Both the position numbers and the translations under genes were made by a program. The notes beneath the pieces were generated by a model, which saw nothing but the letters and a program-made list of their open reading frames with translations, made no database searches and was not told the DNA's origin. From positions 6,696,001 to 6,760,000 of the forward strand of contig NC_087437.1 of the NCBI RefSeq assembly GCF_036321535.1: a stretch of 64,000 nt of DNA. Reading direction: 5' to 3'. Shown here piece after piece: positions 46,568 to 57,950 of this stretch. Every line of letters begins with the position of its first letter. The stretch's first letter is position 1. The stretch is from Camelus dromedarius. Taxonomy: Eukaryota.

Positions 46568-49214
46568 TGGGGGGATTTATTGACCAGAGAAAAAACAGCC
46601 AAAGCCTTGGCTAATTTGTGTAATCAGCTTTATCAATTTGCATAAATTGTGCATCAGGCTATATTCCTCTTGGGCATAATAAGCCCAAATTTAGTTTTTC
46701 TAATTTTAAAGTCATCAGTCGGTTTTTTTTTGCTTCTTCTGTTCCTTTCTGGGACTCGTGTGGGTCACACCTCGTGCATCTGTCAGGTGGTCCATGTGTC
46801 CCTAATTCTCAGGGACCCTGTCAGTGCCTTGCTATAGCATCTAATGCTTATTTTCCAAAATTGGTCCAGCCTCGACCCTCCACCCTCCACCCTCCACACT
46901 AATTCATGTCTTTTCGCCTAGATTACATATGCCCCTTTTTGGTTATATCCTCATTCAGATAAAAATCTTCAAAGTATTTTTAAATGAACCGCTTCCGTTT
47001 GCTGTGCCCCCCTACCCCATCCTGTCAAATGACTGCCAAATTCTAGACTGTTCCCCAGCAGACACCCTGCCCCAGAGTCCACCCATTGCCTCTACTCCTT
47101 TCTTCTTTCTCAAGGCTCATTATTCCTGCTAAGGATCTCTCAATAGTTCTAAAGGGTCTTGGAAGGTTTTGAGTCTACTTTAAGGTTATAAGATGGATTG
47201 CAGTGACATTAGGGCTGGGCCATAGCTCGTACCCACCCCCGTCTTCTCCCAACCTCGTGTTCCTTCCCCCAGTTCAGCCTCTCCTCTGGACCATTTCTGG
47301 GCTATCTTCACTGGTTTCCTGCTTTCAGTCTCGACACGTGTCAATTCATCTTCCACGTTGCCACCGGGAGTCTGAGCCTGGGTGTGATTAAAATCCATCT
47401 CATCAAAAGAGGTGATCACAGAGCTCGCTCACCAACTTCAGTAATTAGAGAACTAATGAACCTCCTTGAAACTAGCAAGTGTTCAAGAATACACATGAGA
47501 AGATACTGTTTTCTGTAGCATGCACAGAGCATACGGAAGGTCACACAAGTTGTGAACGTGAGCGACTTCGAGAAGGGCTCGCATTCACGGATGATACTGC
47601 AGACACGCAGCCCCTAACCTTTAGAGGGTGAGGTCACCCAGGGCCTGGACCACGAACCATCATCAAAGACCAGACACTGGATTGGAAGACAATTGGTATA
47701 ACCCGGCCGGCATTTCTTACAATTTTATGCTGTCCAGAGGGCTGAACTGCTGCCATAAAATCTTTATCTCAAAGATGCAAATGTAAACCTAATGTCCTTT
47801 TGAAAACAGCAGCTAGTTAGGGAGCTAGAGATGTTTAAGCCTGAGGCTTTACAAACACTTTTATGGCATCATTAGCCTGAAGATTGCCCCTGCCCCGATT
47901 TCATAACACCAACGTTTGCAAATCTGGGAGCTTGCAATTCTTTCTCTTTCTTTCAACGTCCTTGGAACTCAGGCATCTGCTTTCAGAGAGTAAACTTTGC
48001 TTTCTGCCCTTGAACCCGCGGAGGATGGCTGACATAGTTGTGGAATGCTGAACTTCTTGTATGCCCTTGGCCTCGGTCACGGCCATCCTACTCAAGTTTC
48101 CCCTGGGCTCTGGGTCTGTCGGCCAGTCCTTTTCATGGCTGGTTTAAAGTGTGCCTAATTTAGAGCCGCTGACACAGGCCAGGGAACAGGACACCTGGCA
48201 AATGCCTTGGGCTTTGACTGATTCCACTAACTTGAAGCCCAGGCCAAGTTCCCCTCAAGTTGTACTGAGGTTTGTAAACCTTTTGGCAATGCCGGGCTAG
48301 GACTGGACCAGGTAATCAGCGTTTCATGGTCCTCAGTGAGGTGTGAAATTTTAATCAGCGGGATTTTATTTTCGTAAAAATAGAACGCACCACCAGAAAT
48401 GTCACATAGAATTAAACTTTGGATTCACTAAGGTTGAATCAGGAGAGGAACTAGCTGGTTTCTCACAAGATGGTAAATCTTGTCCTCTTTGGTGGGGAGG
48501 AGGGTTGTTAAAAATAAATGGCATCAGGGAAGCTCTGGTATCCTTTGTCTTCTGGGGAAATAGTACAATCATTTTTAGTCCATCCACACTTTGGAACTGG
48601 GTAATTACTTTCCACTTTAATTACAAGATGGCACAGAAAATACATAAGCCTCAGCCCAAAAATACACTCTCTGCATCCAGTCGATATTGTAGAAATGATT
48701 TGCGGTTGTATGCAATATGGCCTGCAGACGCACTGCCGGCACCCAGCCGTTCATCCAGAATGCTTTCCACAGTCCTCATATCCGGTAAGGACGCACTGGA
48801 TACAGGGGCGTTGGGGCACCAGGCTCTTACCTAGTGAGACAAAGCCCGAGCCGGCTCCTTTACAAAGGGAATTTAAGGCTTAGGGAGGGAGCGGGGCTGA
48901 ATGCTAATGTGGAGAATGGACGAGGAAAAGCTCTCTGCGGCATGGAACACCCAACTCTCCCGAGCTCATCCAGAGAGACTGCAGAGAGACAGAGTCCTCT
49001 GAGTACTCTCTGCCGGACCTCCGCCCAAACACAGACCAAGTCACCGCATGCTGCCTGTTGCTGACATAGTTCGCCTGAGCACCATGGGAACTGACTTCCC
49101 ACCGCCTCTCCTTGACCTGGAACATGTCCCTAGGTCCCCTGGGGCTTAGCGGTAGCTTTTCCCTCTCTCTGGCTCGGATGTGGAAGTCGGGGGCGGGAGG
49201 TGATGGGTAGTACT

Positions 49215-49770
49215 GGGCACAGAACGGAGTGTGGCTTCCGGAATCAGACTGGTTCTGAACTTATTTACAAACCAGAAATAGACTCACAGATATAGAAAAC
49301 AAATTTATGGTTACCAAGGGGGAGAGAAGGACGGGGGTGGAGGGATAAATTAGGAGTTTGGGATTAGCAGATATAAACTATTATCTATAAAATAGATAAA
49401 CAACAAGGTCCTACTGTACAGCAGAGGGAACTGTATTCAATACCTTGTAATAACCTATAATAGGAAAAGTTATGAAAAAGAATATGTGTGTATATATATA
49501 TGTATACATAACTGAATCACTGTTCTGAACACCAGCAACTAGCGCAGCGTTGTAAATCAACTAGACTCCAATTTAAACAAACAGAACCAGACTGGTTCAG
49601 ATCCTGACTCTGCACTTCCCAGCTGCGTGACATTAGGAAAGTTGCTCAGCCTTTGTGTGCCTCAGTTTTGTCATCTACAAAGTGGGGCTAATAGTAGACT
49701 CCGTTTCAGAGAGTTGCTGTGTAGATTAAATGAATTATTGACCATGAAGCCTTGAACACAGGAGTCCTTT
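49215..49770 (+). mobile_element. MIR SINE split by an L1 insertion
   Basis: GGCTTCCGGAATCAGACTGGTTC|...|AGATCCTGACTCTGCACTTCCCAGCTGCGTGAC..GTGCCTCAGTTTTGTCATCTACAAAGTGGGG. Confidence 0.8.
49256..49583 (+). mobile_element. 5'-truncated L1 (cetartiodactyl-type 3' UTR) with 15-bp TSD
   Basis: TTATTTACAAACCAGAAATAGACTCACAGATATAGAAAACAAATTTATGGTTACCAAGGGG...; TSD GAATCAGACTGGTTC (49241-49255) and GAACCAGACTGGTTC (49584-49598). Confidence 0.92.
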
Positions 49771-50588
49771 GATACACATGACGATGATGACGATGATGAC
49801 GATGCCTCCGCAGAAGGGGCCGTGCCACGTTCAGGTGTGTGCCTGTGTGTGCAAACAGAGCTGTCCACGTGTATGTGCAGGCACACACGTGTGTGTGTGG
49901 ACAGAAAGAGGTGGGTGGCTGAAGGGCTTTAACAAAGGAGTCTAGGCACAAGGCGGCATGAAGCTGTGGCAGAAAGGTAGATACAGTGGACAGAGATTTT
50001 TCTCCTCCCTCGAACCTGGAGTAAAGGCTGCTAAGCCAGTGACATTAATGAAGACCCGGCCACTAAGGTCCTTTTCTTCAGTGGCTGCATGTCTGCAGGT
50101 GCGGGGCTTTACTGAGGTCACTGCAGGTCGTTTGAGGGCGGGGGGAAGAGGGCAAGGTAGGCACCGAGTGTGATACGGAACGGCAAGAGCCCAAGGGGAC
50201 TGGGCTCCTCACAGTGGGGGCGCTTCGCAAAGGTTTTAGCTTTCTTTTTTAGGCAAAGATAGTGATAAGGACATGGACCACTGTGTAAATACTCCTGGAG
50301 GTCTCAGATCCAAGGTGGAGTAGCCTGGATGTGGAAGTATGCCCATTACAGGCACACTGGGACCCGGAAGCTTTGTCGTAAGGATATTAAATAAGCACAG
50401 CCCGGGCACTCCAGGCCGGCCAGACTGGACCTGTCTTTTATGCTTCTTCCTCCTGGAGGGGCGGGGCTGGCTGTGAGCATGGCCGCGCCTCCGTCTTTCT
50501 CTCAGGTGATGGGAAGCCTGCCCTGCCTGCCCACCGGTTATCTGATACCTGAGTGCTCATGACCTACTCATCTGTTTTCGTTCCCCAG

Positions 50589-50697
50589 ATCTGTTCTCTA
50601 TCATGGACATGATTACCTCCGTAAGGAAAGAAGATACAAAAAAGGAAGATCACACTGACTATGTTACTTGAAATTTGCTCTGAACCAACCTTCACAG
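50589..50697 (+). other. Candidate non-coding internal exon (109 bp)
   Basis: Branch-like CTCAT, then TCTGTTTTCGTTCCCCAG acceptor; CAG|GTAAGA donor; stop codons in all three frames. Confidence 0.35.
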
Positions 50698-51467
50698 GTA
50701 AGACAGAGAGAAATACTGACTATATGTAGGTTTGGAAATTTTAGTTGAACTGACTACATTTCTCTATCTCTTCTATCACAAACACATCATTTAATTCCAT
50801 TCATTCTATTTTGAAATAAGAAGAATGTTTAAAAACTTTAATTCTTTTAAAAGCTCTCTAGATGAATCATATGGTATTCTTCTGTGAGTTAAAATGTGGA
50901 AGCAATGGACTCTTAGTATGTTTGTTACACAAACGAAATGAAATATAACTTTTTTAGGCATTTTCTTATTTAATGGGAATTATACCATGCGCTGGATCTG
51001 TAGAAAGGTGAGGGAGCTCAGAATATACCAGTCGAAGGTGCTTTTCAGTTGGAACAGGGGTTGGGATCAGCCTTTTCTGGAGGGAAAGGTTTGGTAGGCC
51101 GTTGCATACTGGTTTGATTGGCCCCATGCCATCAAGGAATGTTTGAGTACCATAAAGAAACACTGAGACAAGGTGCAGAGAGCTTTGGGTTTATTTTATA
51201 TCTAAATCAGTAAACAATTACGAGAAAAGCTCTATTAAAGAAAGAGAACACGATAGGGACATGATTTTCTAAAAGTCAAATCATGTAATAAAGCCTTCAC
51301 TATTGTGCACATGCAACCCCAAACCAGGTGTGTATAGAATTCCTAATATTATTTAATTTATGTGTGTATTGAGTCTCAAATATTCACTTAGTAGTTCGAC
51401 AAATATTTGAATTCCTATGACATGAATCTCTGTATTTCAGTGTCTCTTCCTGTGCCTACCCATAGGT

Positions 51468-51496
51468 CCTCTAAGTACCTCTAAGTACCTCTAAGT
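51468..51496. repeat. Short tandem repeat (CCTCTAAGTA) x ~2.9
   Basis: Directly visible. Confidence 0.9.
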
Positions 51497-53405
51497 TTTC
51501 CAAGTACTAGGAAGTAATTTTCTTATTGAGTTTTCTGGCTTGATGTCATTTATTTTTAATATACTCGATTTGTCAATATTCTTACTACTCTTGAATTTTC
51601 AATGCATTCAGTATCTATTTTTCCAACCCTCACACAAAAACCTGGAACTATCAGAATTAAAGATACACACAGAAAATGCAGACTATGTTTGCCCCTGAAC
51701 TTTGAGAATTCTATAGTCTCATCAAGAAGACAAAAAAATGCCTGGATGACTAGAGCGTGATGGTGTTGATTGTTGTAATAGGATTTCCAAGGAAGAGAGC
51801 TCAGCTGGGTTGTCCAAGAAGGGACTCTGGGGGAGGTGGGGCCCTGCCTGGCACTTGAAACATAATAGATGTGCTGAAAGGAGGGAGAGAAAGGTTCTGG
51901 GCGGGCAGGCTGCCGTGGCCTGAGGTGTGGATCACTGCCAGCGGTTTGATCAATTTCTCTGCCTTAGTTGGATAGGCTGCCTTGTATGAACTCAGGGCCC
52001 AGAATGGACCATACTCCTTCAGACCTACCCAATGTGAGGCTTAACCCTGTGATTTTAGATACCAACCATGGATAGAATTAAGAACCTCAGGGTTATCCAA
52101 GAGCTGAGACCATGCCCTCTTCATTTCTGTGACCCCAGTGCTGGGCACATAGATATTTCCATGAATGCTGATGGATGAAGAGAACTTGCAATGTGGGATG
52201 CCCCCACACAGTTTACCTGAGAAATAACCCCCGACCCCTGCTTGGACGAGCTTGGTGATTTAAAACTTCCTTCTCCCAGAATCTGCACCATGGCGGGACT
52301 CTTGATTTTAGAAGCCCTTTCCAAAGAATGAATTGGAATTACTTTCCAGCAACTTCTGCTCACTGGTCCCAGTTGTGGCTTCTCCAGCCAGTCTGGCAAC
52401 CCCGCAGCTCATTCAGGTGGCAAGATGTTTCACGTTTGGTCCATCTTGGCTGGGGTTGAATAGACACACCCATGCGCTTGACTTCCTCGGGGGATGTTCT
52501 GTGAGATTACCCATCAGTATGGTTCAAAACCAGACAGGTTAGCCCAAATGGTCTGCCCCTTTTGTTCTCTTTGTGGTGGAAGAGAGGGATCCACTGACCC
52601 TCCTAAAATCCCCAGAAAACCTGGCAAGTTACTGATTTTCCTATAAATATACTGATGGGAGTGATTCTGAGAATCATAGCTTCTGATTCCGGGGCAGTTC
52701 AAAGCCCAGTTGCCTGTGGACTTGGCAGGGGATCCTCCCCTCCCCACAGAGGATAAGAAAGCAACTCTTTTAATATGCAAATCTGTATTTTTATTTTACG
52801 TTTTTCAAAGCAGGTTTCAATCACGACTGTCAGTGTCATGCTCTTATTTGTCAGTTGGCGACCCCAGGTGCTCCCTGCCCCTTTGGCCAGAATGTCTGTG
52901 CAGCAAGAGGCTCTAGCCAGTTAGGGAAGATGGGGCAGCAGCAAGACTCTTCTCTTTCTCCTCCACTCCAACTATTTTTCCCTGGGCCTTCTTCCCAGAA
53001 ACATGTCAGCTGTAAAAATATGAATCTCTCCTCCCCTGCTCCCCACCTCCCAACACATATGCTATTTATCAAATCTAAGAATAAAAAGAATGCAATTTCA
53101 AGAAGGCTTTTAAAGATTTCAATTTCCTTTAAGAAAAAAAAAAAAAAAGAAAGAAGATAAAGGACACGTGCTCAGCTCGGGGTGTCATGGTGAGTGTTTG
53201 CTGTTTGGTACTTCGCTGTCGTTACCAGCTCAGCGTTATTCCTGTTCTGCGGGAACAGATAATCAGGGTCCCCACACATGTCACATGTTTAAATCGGTGA
53301 TAGTAAGAGTCTCCATTCAGGGAAGTTTGCTGACAGCACTGAACTCCATTTGGGAAGCAGCTTTGTGCTGGCTGCGGGGGAAGCGAGCTCTCTGGCCACG
53401 TCTCA

Positions 53406-53441
53406 CCCCCGCCCCCGCCCCCGCCCCCGCCCCCGCCCCCG
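53406..53441. repeat. (CCCCCG)6 GC-box array; G-quadruplex potential on the - strand
   Basis: Six perfect hexamer copies. Confidence 0.95.
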
Positions 53442-53459
53442 ACCACCGGATGTCTGCCG

Positions 53460-53757
53460 CCATGCGGTCCAACATGGTAGCCACCAGCCGCCTGTGACTA
53501 TTCAGCACTTGAAATGTGGCCTCGGGATGTGCTCTAAGTGTAAACTATGGACCAGGCTTCAAAGACTTAGAAAAAAGATAAACTATCACATCAGCAGCGT
53601 TTTGCACTCATTACATGTTGAAATAATATTTTTGATACACTGGGTAAAAGAATTTAACTTATTTTCACACTATTTTTTTTTTCACTTTTATAAATATGGC
53701 TCCTAGAAACTTAAAATGATGTATGTAGCTCACAGTACTTTTCTAGAGGACCACTGA
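53460..53757 (-). mobile_element. MER33 (hAT-Charlie)
   Basis: GTCCAACATGGTAGCCACCAGCC..CAGCACTTGAAATGTGGC..GATGTGCTCTAAGTGTAAA..TTACATGTTGAAATAATATTTTTGATACACTGGG. Confidence 0.85.
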
Positions 53758-55328
53758 TCTAGGAAGACAGGAAAGTTATTCCCCAAACAGAAGTCCATGA
53801 TAATCTACCGTCACCACATGAATTTAATTTCTTCAAACATGAAACAATATGTTTTCACCTGATTTTAAAAATATCCTTTTCGTATTTATCCAGAATTCTA
53901 TGAGCGACTCACCCCCTGTTTTGGTACAAGGTAAAAGGAAGTGATACTATTCGCTATCCTAGTCCATGGAAGTGCAGTGTTTTGCTACCTTCATAGGTGC
54001 AGTGTTATTGGCAGGGCCCCCCAAGTTCTACAGACCCACCAAAGGGGCCCTTCACTCCACCTTGGAGTGTGTGTTTCTTGGTTTGGCCTGGTTTGTTCAG
54101 TTTCTAGGGGTCCAATATCCAAGTGTTACTTAAACTTGTGAACCCCCTAGACTAGAGATGAAATACACAGATCTCGTGAAAACACTCCACAGACAGCTGG
54201 ACTCTCAGTGTGTCCAAAGTGATAAGACCTCCTATTGCTGAATCTAAGACACTAGTGTCTGGGTGGACCATCCAAACTCCAGTTTCTATCCATAAATGGT
54301 AACTGAACAATAAACTATGCACTGTGAGGTATGGATGAATAATGGGTATTTCTCTTAGCAATGTGTGCACATCAGGTTATTCTATTTGTTGTTCTTGATG
54401 AATTGAATTATTTGAATAACATTGATTTACCACTCTACTCGTCTTTTACTTGAAAATTACTTAAAGTGAGTAATGGCTAGGAAATGTTGCTACATGTAGA
54501 TTTTTAAATCAACCCATGGTTGCAGGTTTTCCTAGAATGGTCACAGATGCTGACCTTGATATTAGCCTGAATTATTCAGATTCCCTCCAAATGGTTGTCG
54601 CACAAGGTCTGTCCACCTGGTCTCACTACTGCCTGTAACAGGGGCTTTTTTGAATTCCTTTCCTCATCCTTCTCCCTGGCCTCTCGCAGCCGGGACCCCG
54701 CACTCTCCCTACACAACTGTCTTCTTAACTCACTAAGTCAGTCTGGGCAGGGCTGTGGGGACTGGTGTGACTGCTCTGGGAAGTCAGAAGAGGGGAGATC
54801 TTGGTGTCTAAATTTGTGTGGTCCTATCTGCTCGCCACTTACGGCCAATGACATGTTACTAGTGTGAAATATGTGCCAGATTTCAAAGAAAACGTCCCAA
54901 ATTAACAAACGGTAAAATTGCTCATTCCTGCAAACACAGGAATAGGACATAAACTTGGCTTTTAAAGATAAATCAGTTCCTATTTTGCCCCTCCTCCTTG
55001 CAGGGTAGAGAAACACAATGCATTGGAGGTCACCCTCCCATCCTCGCCTTTGCAGACGGTTGTAACGGTACCAGGGGCTTACCTGGTCTGGCAACACTGT
55101 CGGGAAGAGGGACCTAGCTTCCCCCCACCTTGGCAAAGCCCTGTAGTGGCCAGGGGTCACCTCAGCTACTTAGGGGGCCGTGCTGGACCCTGGAGTCCCA
55201 GAGAAGCTGTCCAAGGTCCTTTCTATCTTCCACACTGCTCTCTAGCACATGGTATGATTCTGGGTCTCCCAGAACACGCGGGACATAGAAAGACCTTGCA
55301 GGCTGTCTGAAGCTCTGTCGTGTTAGAC

Positions 55329-55535
55329 CAGGGATGGGCAAACTACAGCCAATGGGCCAAATCCAGCCCACTGCCTGTTTATGTAAATGAAGTTTCGTTA
55401 GAACACAGCCACATTCGTTCATTTACATGTTGTCTGAGGCTACTTTTGTGCTCATGGCAGGAGTGACTCCAGATGGCCTGCAAAAGCTACAATATTTACA
55501 ACCTGAACCTTTAGGAAAAAGTTGACCAACTCCTG
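55329..55535 (+). mobile_element. MER58A (hAT-Charlie)
   Basis: CAGGGATGGGCAAACTACAGCC..GGGCCAAATCCAGCCCACTGCCTGTTT..GAACACAGCCAC..GACCAACTCCTG. Confidence 0.9.
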
Positions 55536-55900
55536 GCTCAGACATACCATGGACCCATATCTTCTCCAGTCTCCTTGGGCACTGGGGCATAGGTCCTCTA
55601 TATTTTCACATCCTATCAACTGTCATATTTTTCCCCATCTCCACCCCCAGATTCAGTAATGGAGGTATCAAAATCTTGGCTCGTGTCTCAGGGACCTCAG
55701 CATCTAAGCTCTAGTCAGCTCCCTGCAGGGAAAGAAGACTTGGTTCTAGTTCTTTCAGGTATTTTTCCAAACCTTTGTCCATGCCAAGTGTTCCTTTATT
55801 TCCCCTGAAGTCTAGATTTAAAATTCAGATCTCAGAATGGTCCCTCAAGTCTTCGTTGTACAGGCTCTCCCTAAGGCAGTGGGCAAAGACTGGTTTAGAT

Positions 55901-56085
55901 CATTGATTCTCAACGTGTGGACCACAGGTTGGCAGCATTACCTGGGGAATGTGTTACAAATGCAGGTTCTCAGGCCTCATCCCACCCCCACTGGATCAGA
56001 AGCCCTGGGGGTGGGGCCCAGGAATCCACGTTGTGACAAGGTCTTCCGGCAGTTCAGATTGGGGCTAGAGTTTAGTAGGCCTTGG
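55901..56085. mobile_element. MER5A
   Basis: TTCTCAACGTGTGG..GTTACAAATGCAGGTTCTCAGGCCTCATCCC..ATCAGAAGCCCTGGGGGTGGGGCCCAGGAATC. Confidence 0.85.
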
Positions 56086-57039
56086 ACGTGAATGCACAGT
56101 GCTGGGAAGAAGGCATTAGATCTGAAATGTAATCTGTTAATATAACCTGTCAGCGTTCACTCCCACCCTTGCTGTGTTGCTATCTCCTCTCCTCGCACTT
56201 CTTTCGCAAGCTATGGTTTGCTTTGACACATCAGGGTCATGCCTCTTGTGGCCCAGAAGCTGTGACAAAAGGTTCAGAGAAGCCCAAGGCTTTTTGTTCC
56301 TTTAAGAAGCAGGGGCCTCTTTCACTCGGTCCTCTGAGTGGGTCAAGGCCCACTATTAGCAGCTGAGAATTCATTTCCTCCACCCTTATCACCGCCTCTC
56401 CAAACTGGACCGTGTGCGCTCGGATTATAGTGTGTGCCGAGGGCTGTGCAAAGCTGTGTCATTAATGGTGGACAGAGCCCTGCCTACCTAGAGCTGAGAG
56501 AAACCTGCAAGGATAAGTATGGGTGAAATTGGGATCAGAATATAAAATGTGCATTTATTTTAAAGATAACACAACGGATTTCTAGGATTGCTTCAGGCTG
56601 TGGCCCCCAGAGCCTCCAGGGAGGGTATCCACTCTCGTTTGCCAGCAGAAATGTTTGAGGAGTTCAGGTGTAAGGACCCCCAAGGGTGGGCAGACTACGA
56701 CTGGGTCTGGGTACTTAACCTGTTCGTAAACTGGGAACTGCTCCCGTTTGCCTCTTTATTCTGTTATTCACGTAGCCACCTTTCATCCGTATATCTCATA
56801 TTCTTGATTCTGTATATCTATAGAGTTTTTCTTCCTTACATTCATTTTTCCTCTCCCTTTCTCCTTCTTTTTCACTCTTTCAAACCCATTGGCTGCGTTT
56901 ATAGGAAAGCCATTGATCAAGCCAATGTCTGGGCACATATTTCGGGGGCCTCTCACAGACTCGTTAGTGTTATCATCAGCTGAGCGATGGGCCTGATTTA
57001 TTTGCTCTAAATGTGGTTGTGCTTTCACCACTCACCGCT

Positions 57040-57260
57040 TACTTAGACACCTCTGCTCAGCCTTCTGCCAGGCTCAGCAGATGGTAGGAGCTGCCGCACG
57101 CTTACATGCCGCCCAGCGAACTCCTTGCTCCGGAGTCGCGGCCGCCCCCTCCCTGTCTGTGCAGAGCCCTGTGCACGGAACGGAGGGGCTGGCCGGTGAG
57201 GCGCACGCTTTGCTCTTAGTCTCTCTCTCCGGGTGACGTGCATGTGAGGTCGCATTTTCA
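57040..57260. promoter_or_regulatory. CpG-rich patch with CTCF-like and CRE-like motifs
   Basis: Clustered CpGs including GCGGCCGC; CAGCAGATGGTAG at ~57075; TGACGTG at ~57234. Confidence 0.35.
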
Positions 57261-57919
57261 CAGGCATTTGTATGCTTGCTTTGGAGCCCTTTTAAAAGTG
57301 GAGGTAAATTCCCCACACATTTGCTTTAAGTTGGTTCTTTCTCTGTTCCTCTTATTACAGCCTTTCCATGTTCAAAAACTAATGAGACAGTAAGGAAATC
57401 TTATAGCCAAATGTGAATTTGAAAATTTCCCTTTTCGGGTTTCCAGCAATGCTCGGTCATTTTTGCTGTGAGAGCAGTCAGATTCTACAAGTGGAAATGG
57501 ACCTGTCTTTTTGCTTTATTTTGTTAAATAATTCATAGCAAAAATCCATGATTTTTCAAAGATCGTTCTCTATTTCAAAGTGCACTGAAGAATAGCAAAT
57601 TAAAAAAAATCAGCAATTTCACTCCTTTTTTTTTTATTATCAGAAATGTTCTTGACCAATCTTGTGTCTAAGTCCCCATTTACCAGCCCAAACAAATTGG
57701 TCACACCCTGTTCCCTTGTTAGTTGTAGGCAGGAAAAAAATAGAATTTTGGAGGCTTGTGCATTAATTTTTTACGCTGATTACATTTTCCAAGGTTTCTT
57801 TTGGAGGATGTACACTAGATGCTGTTGACATGTGATTCCTAGCTAAAGACAATAAAGACAAAGGTGTTCAACTAAGTTCTGAATTCCACCTTCCCCATGT
57901 CTTCCAATAGCTTATTTGT

Positions 57920-57950
<31 letters not shown>

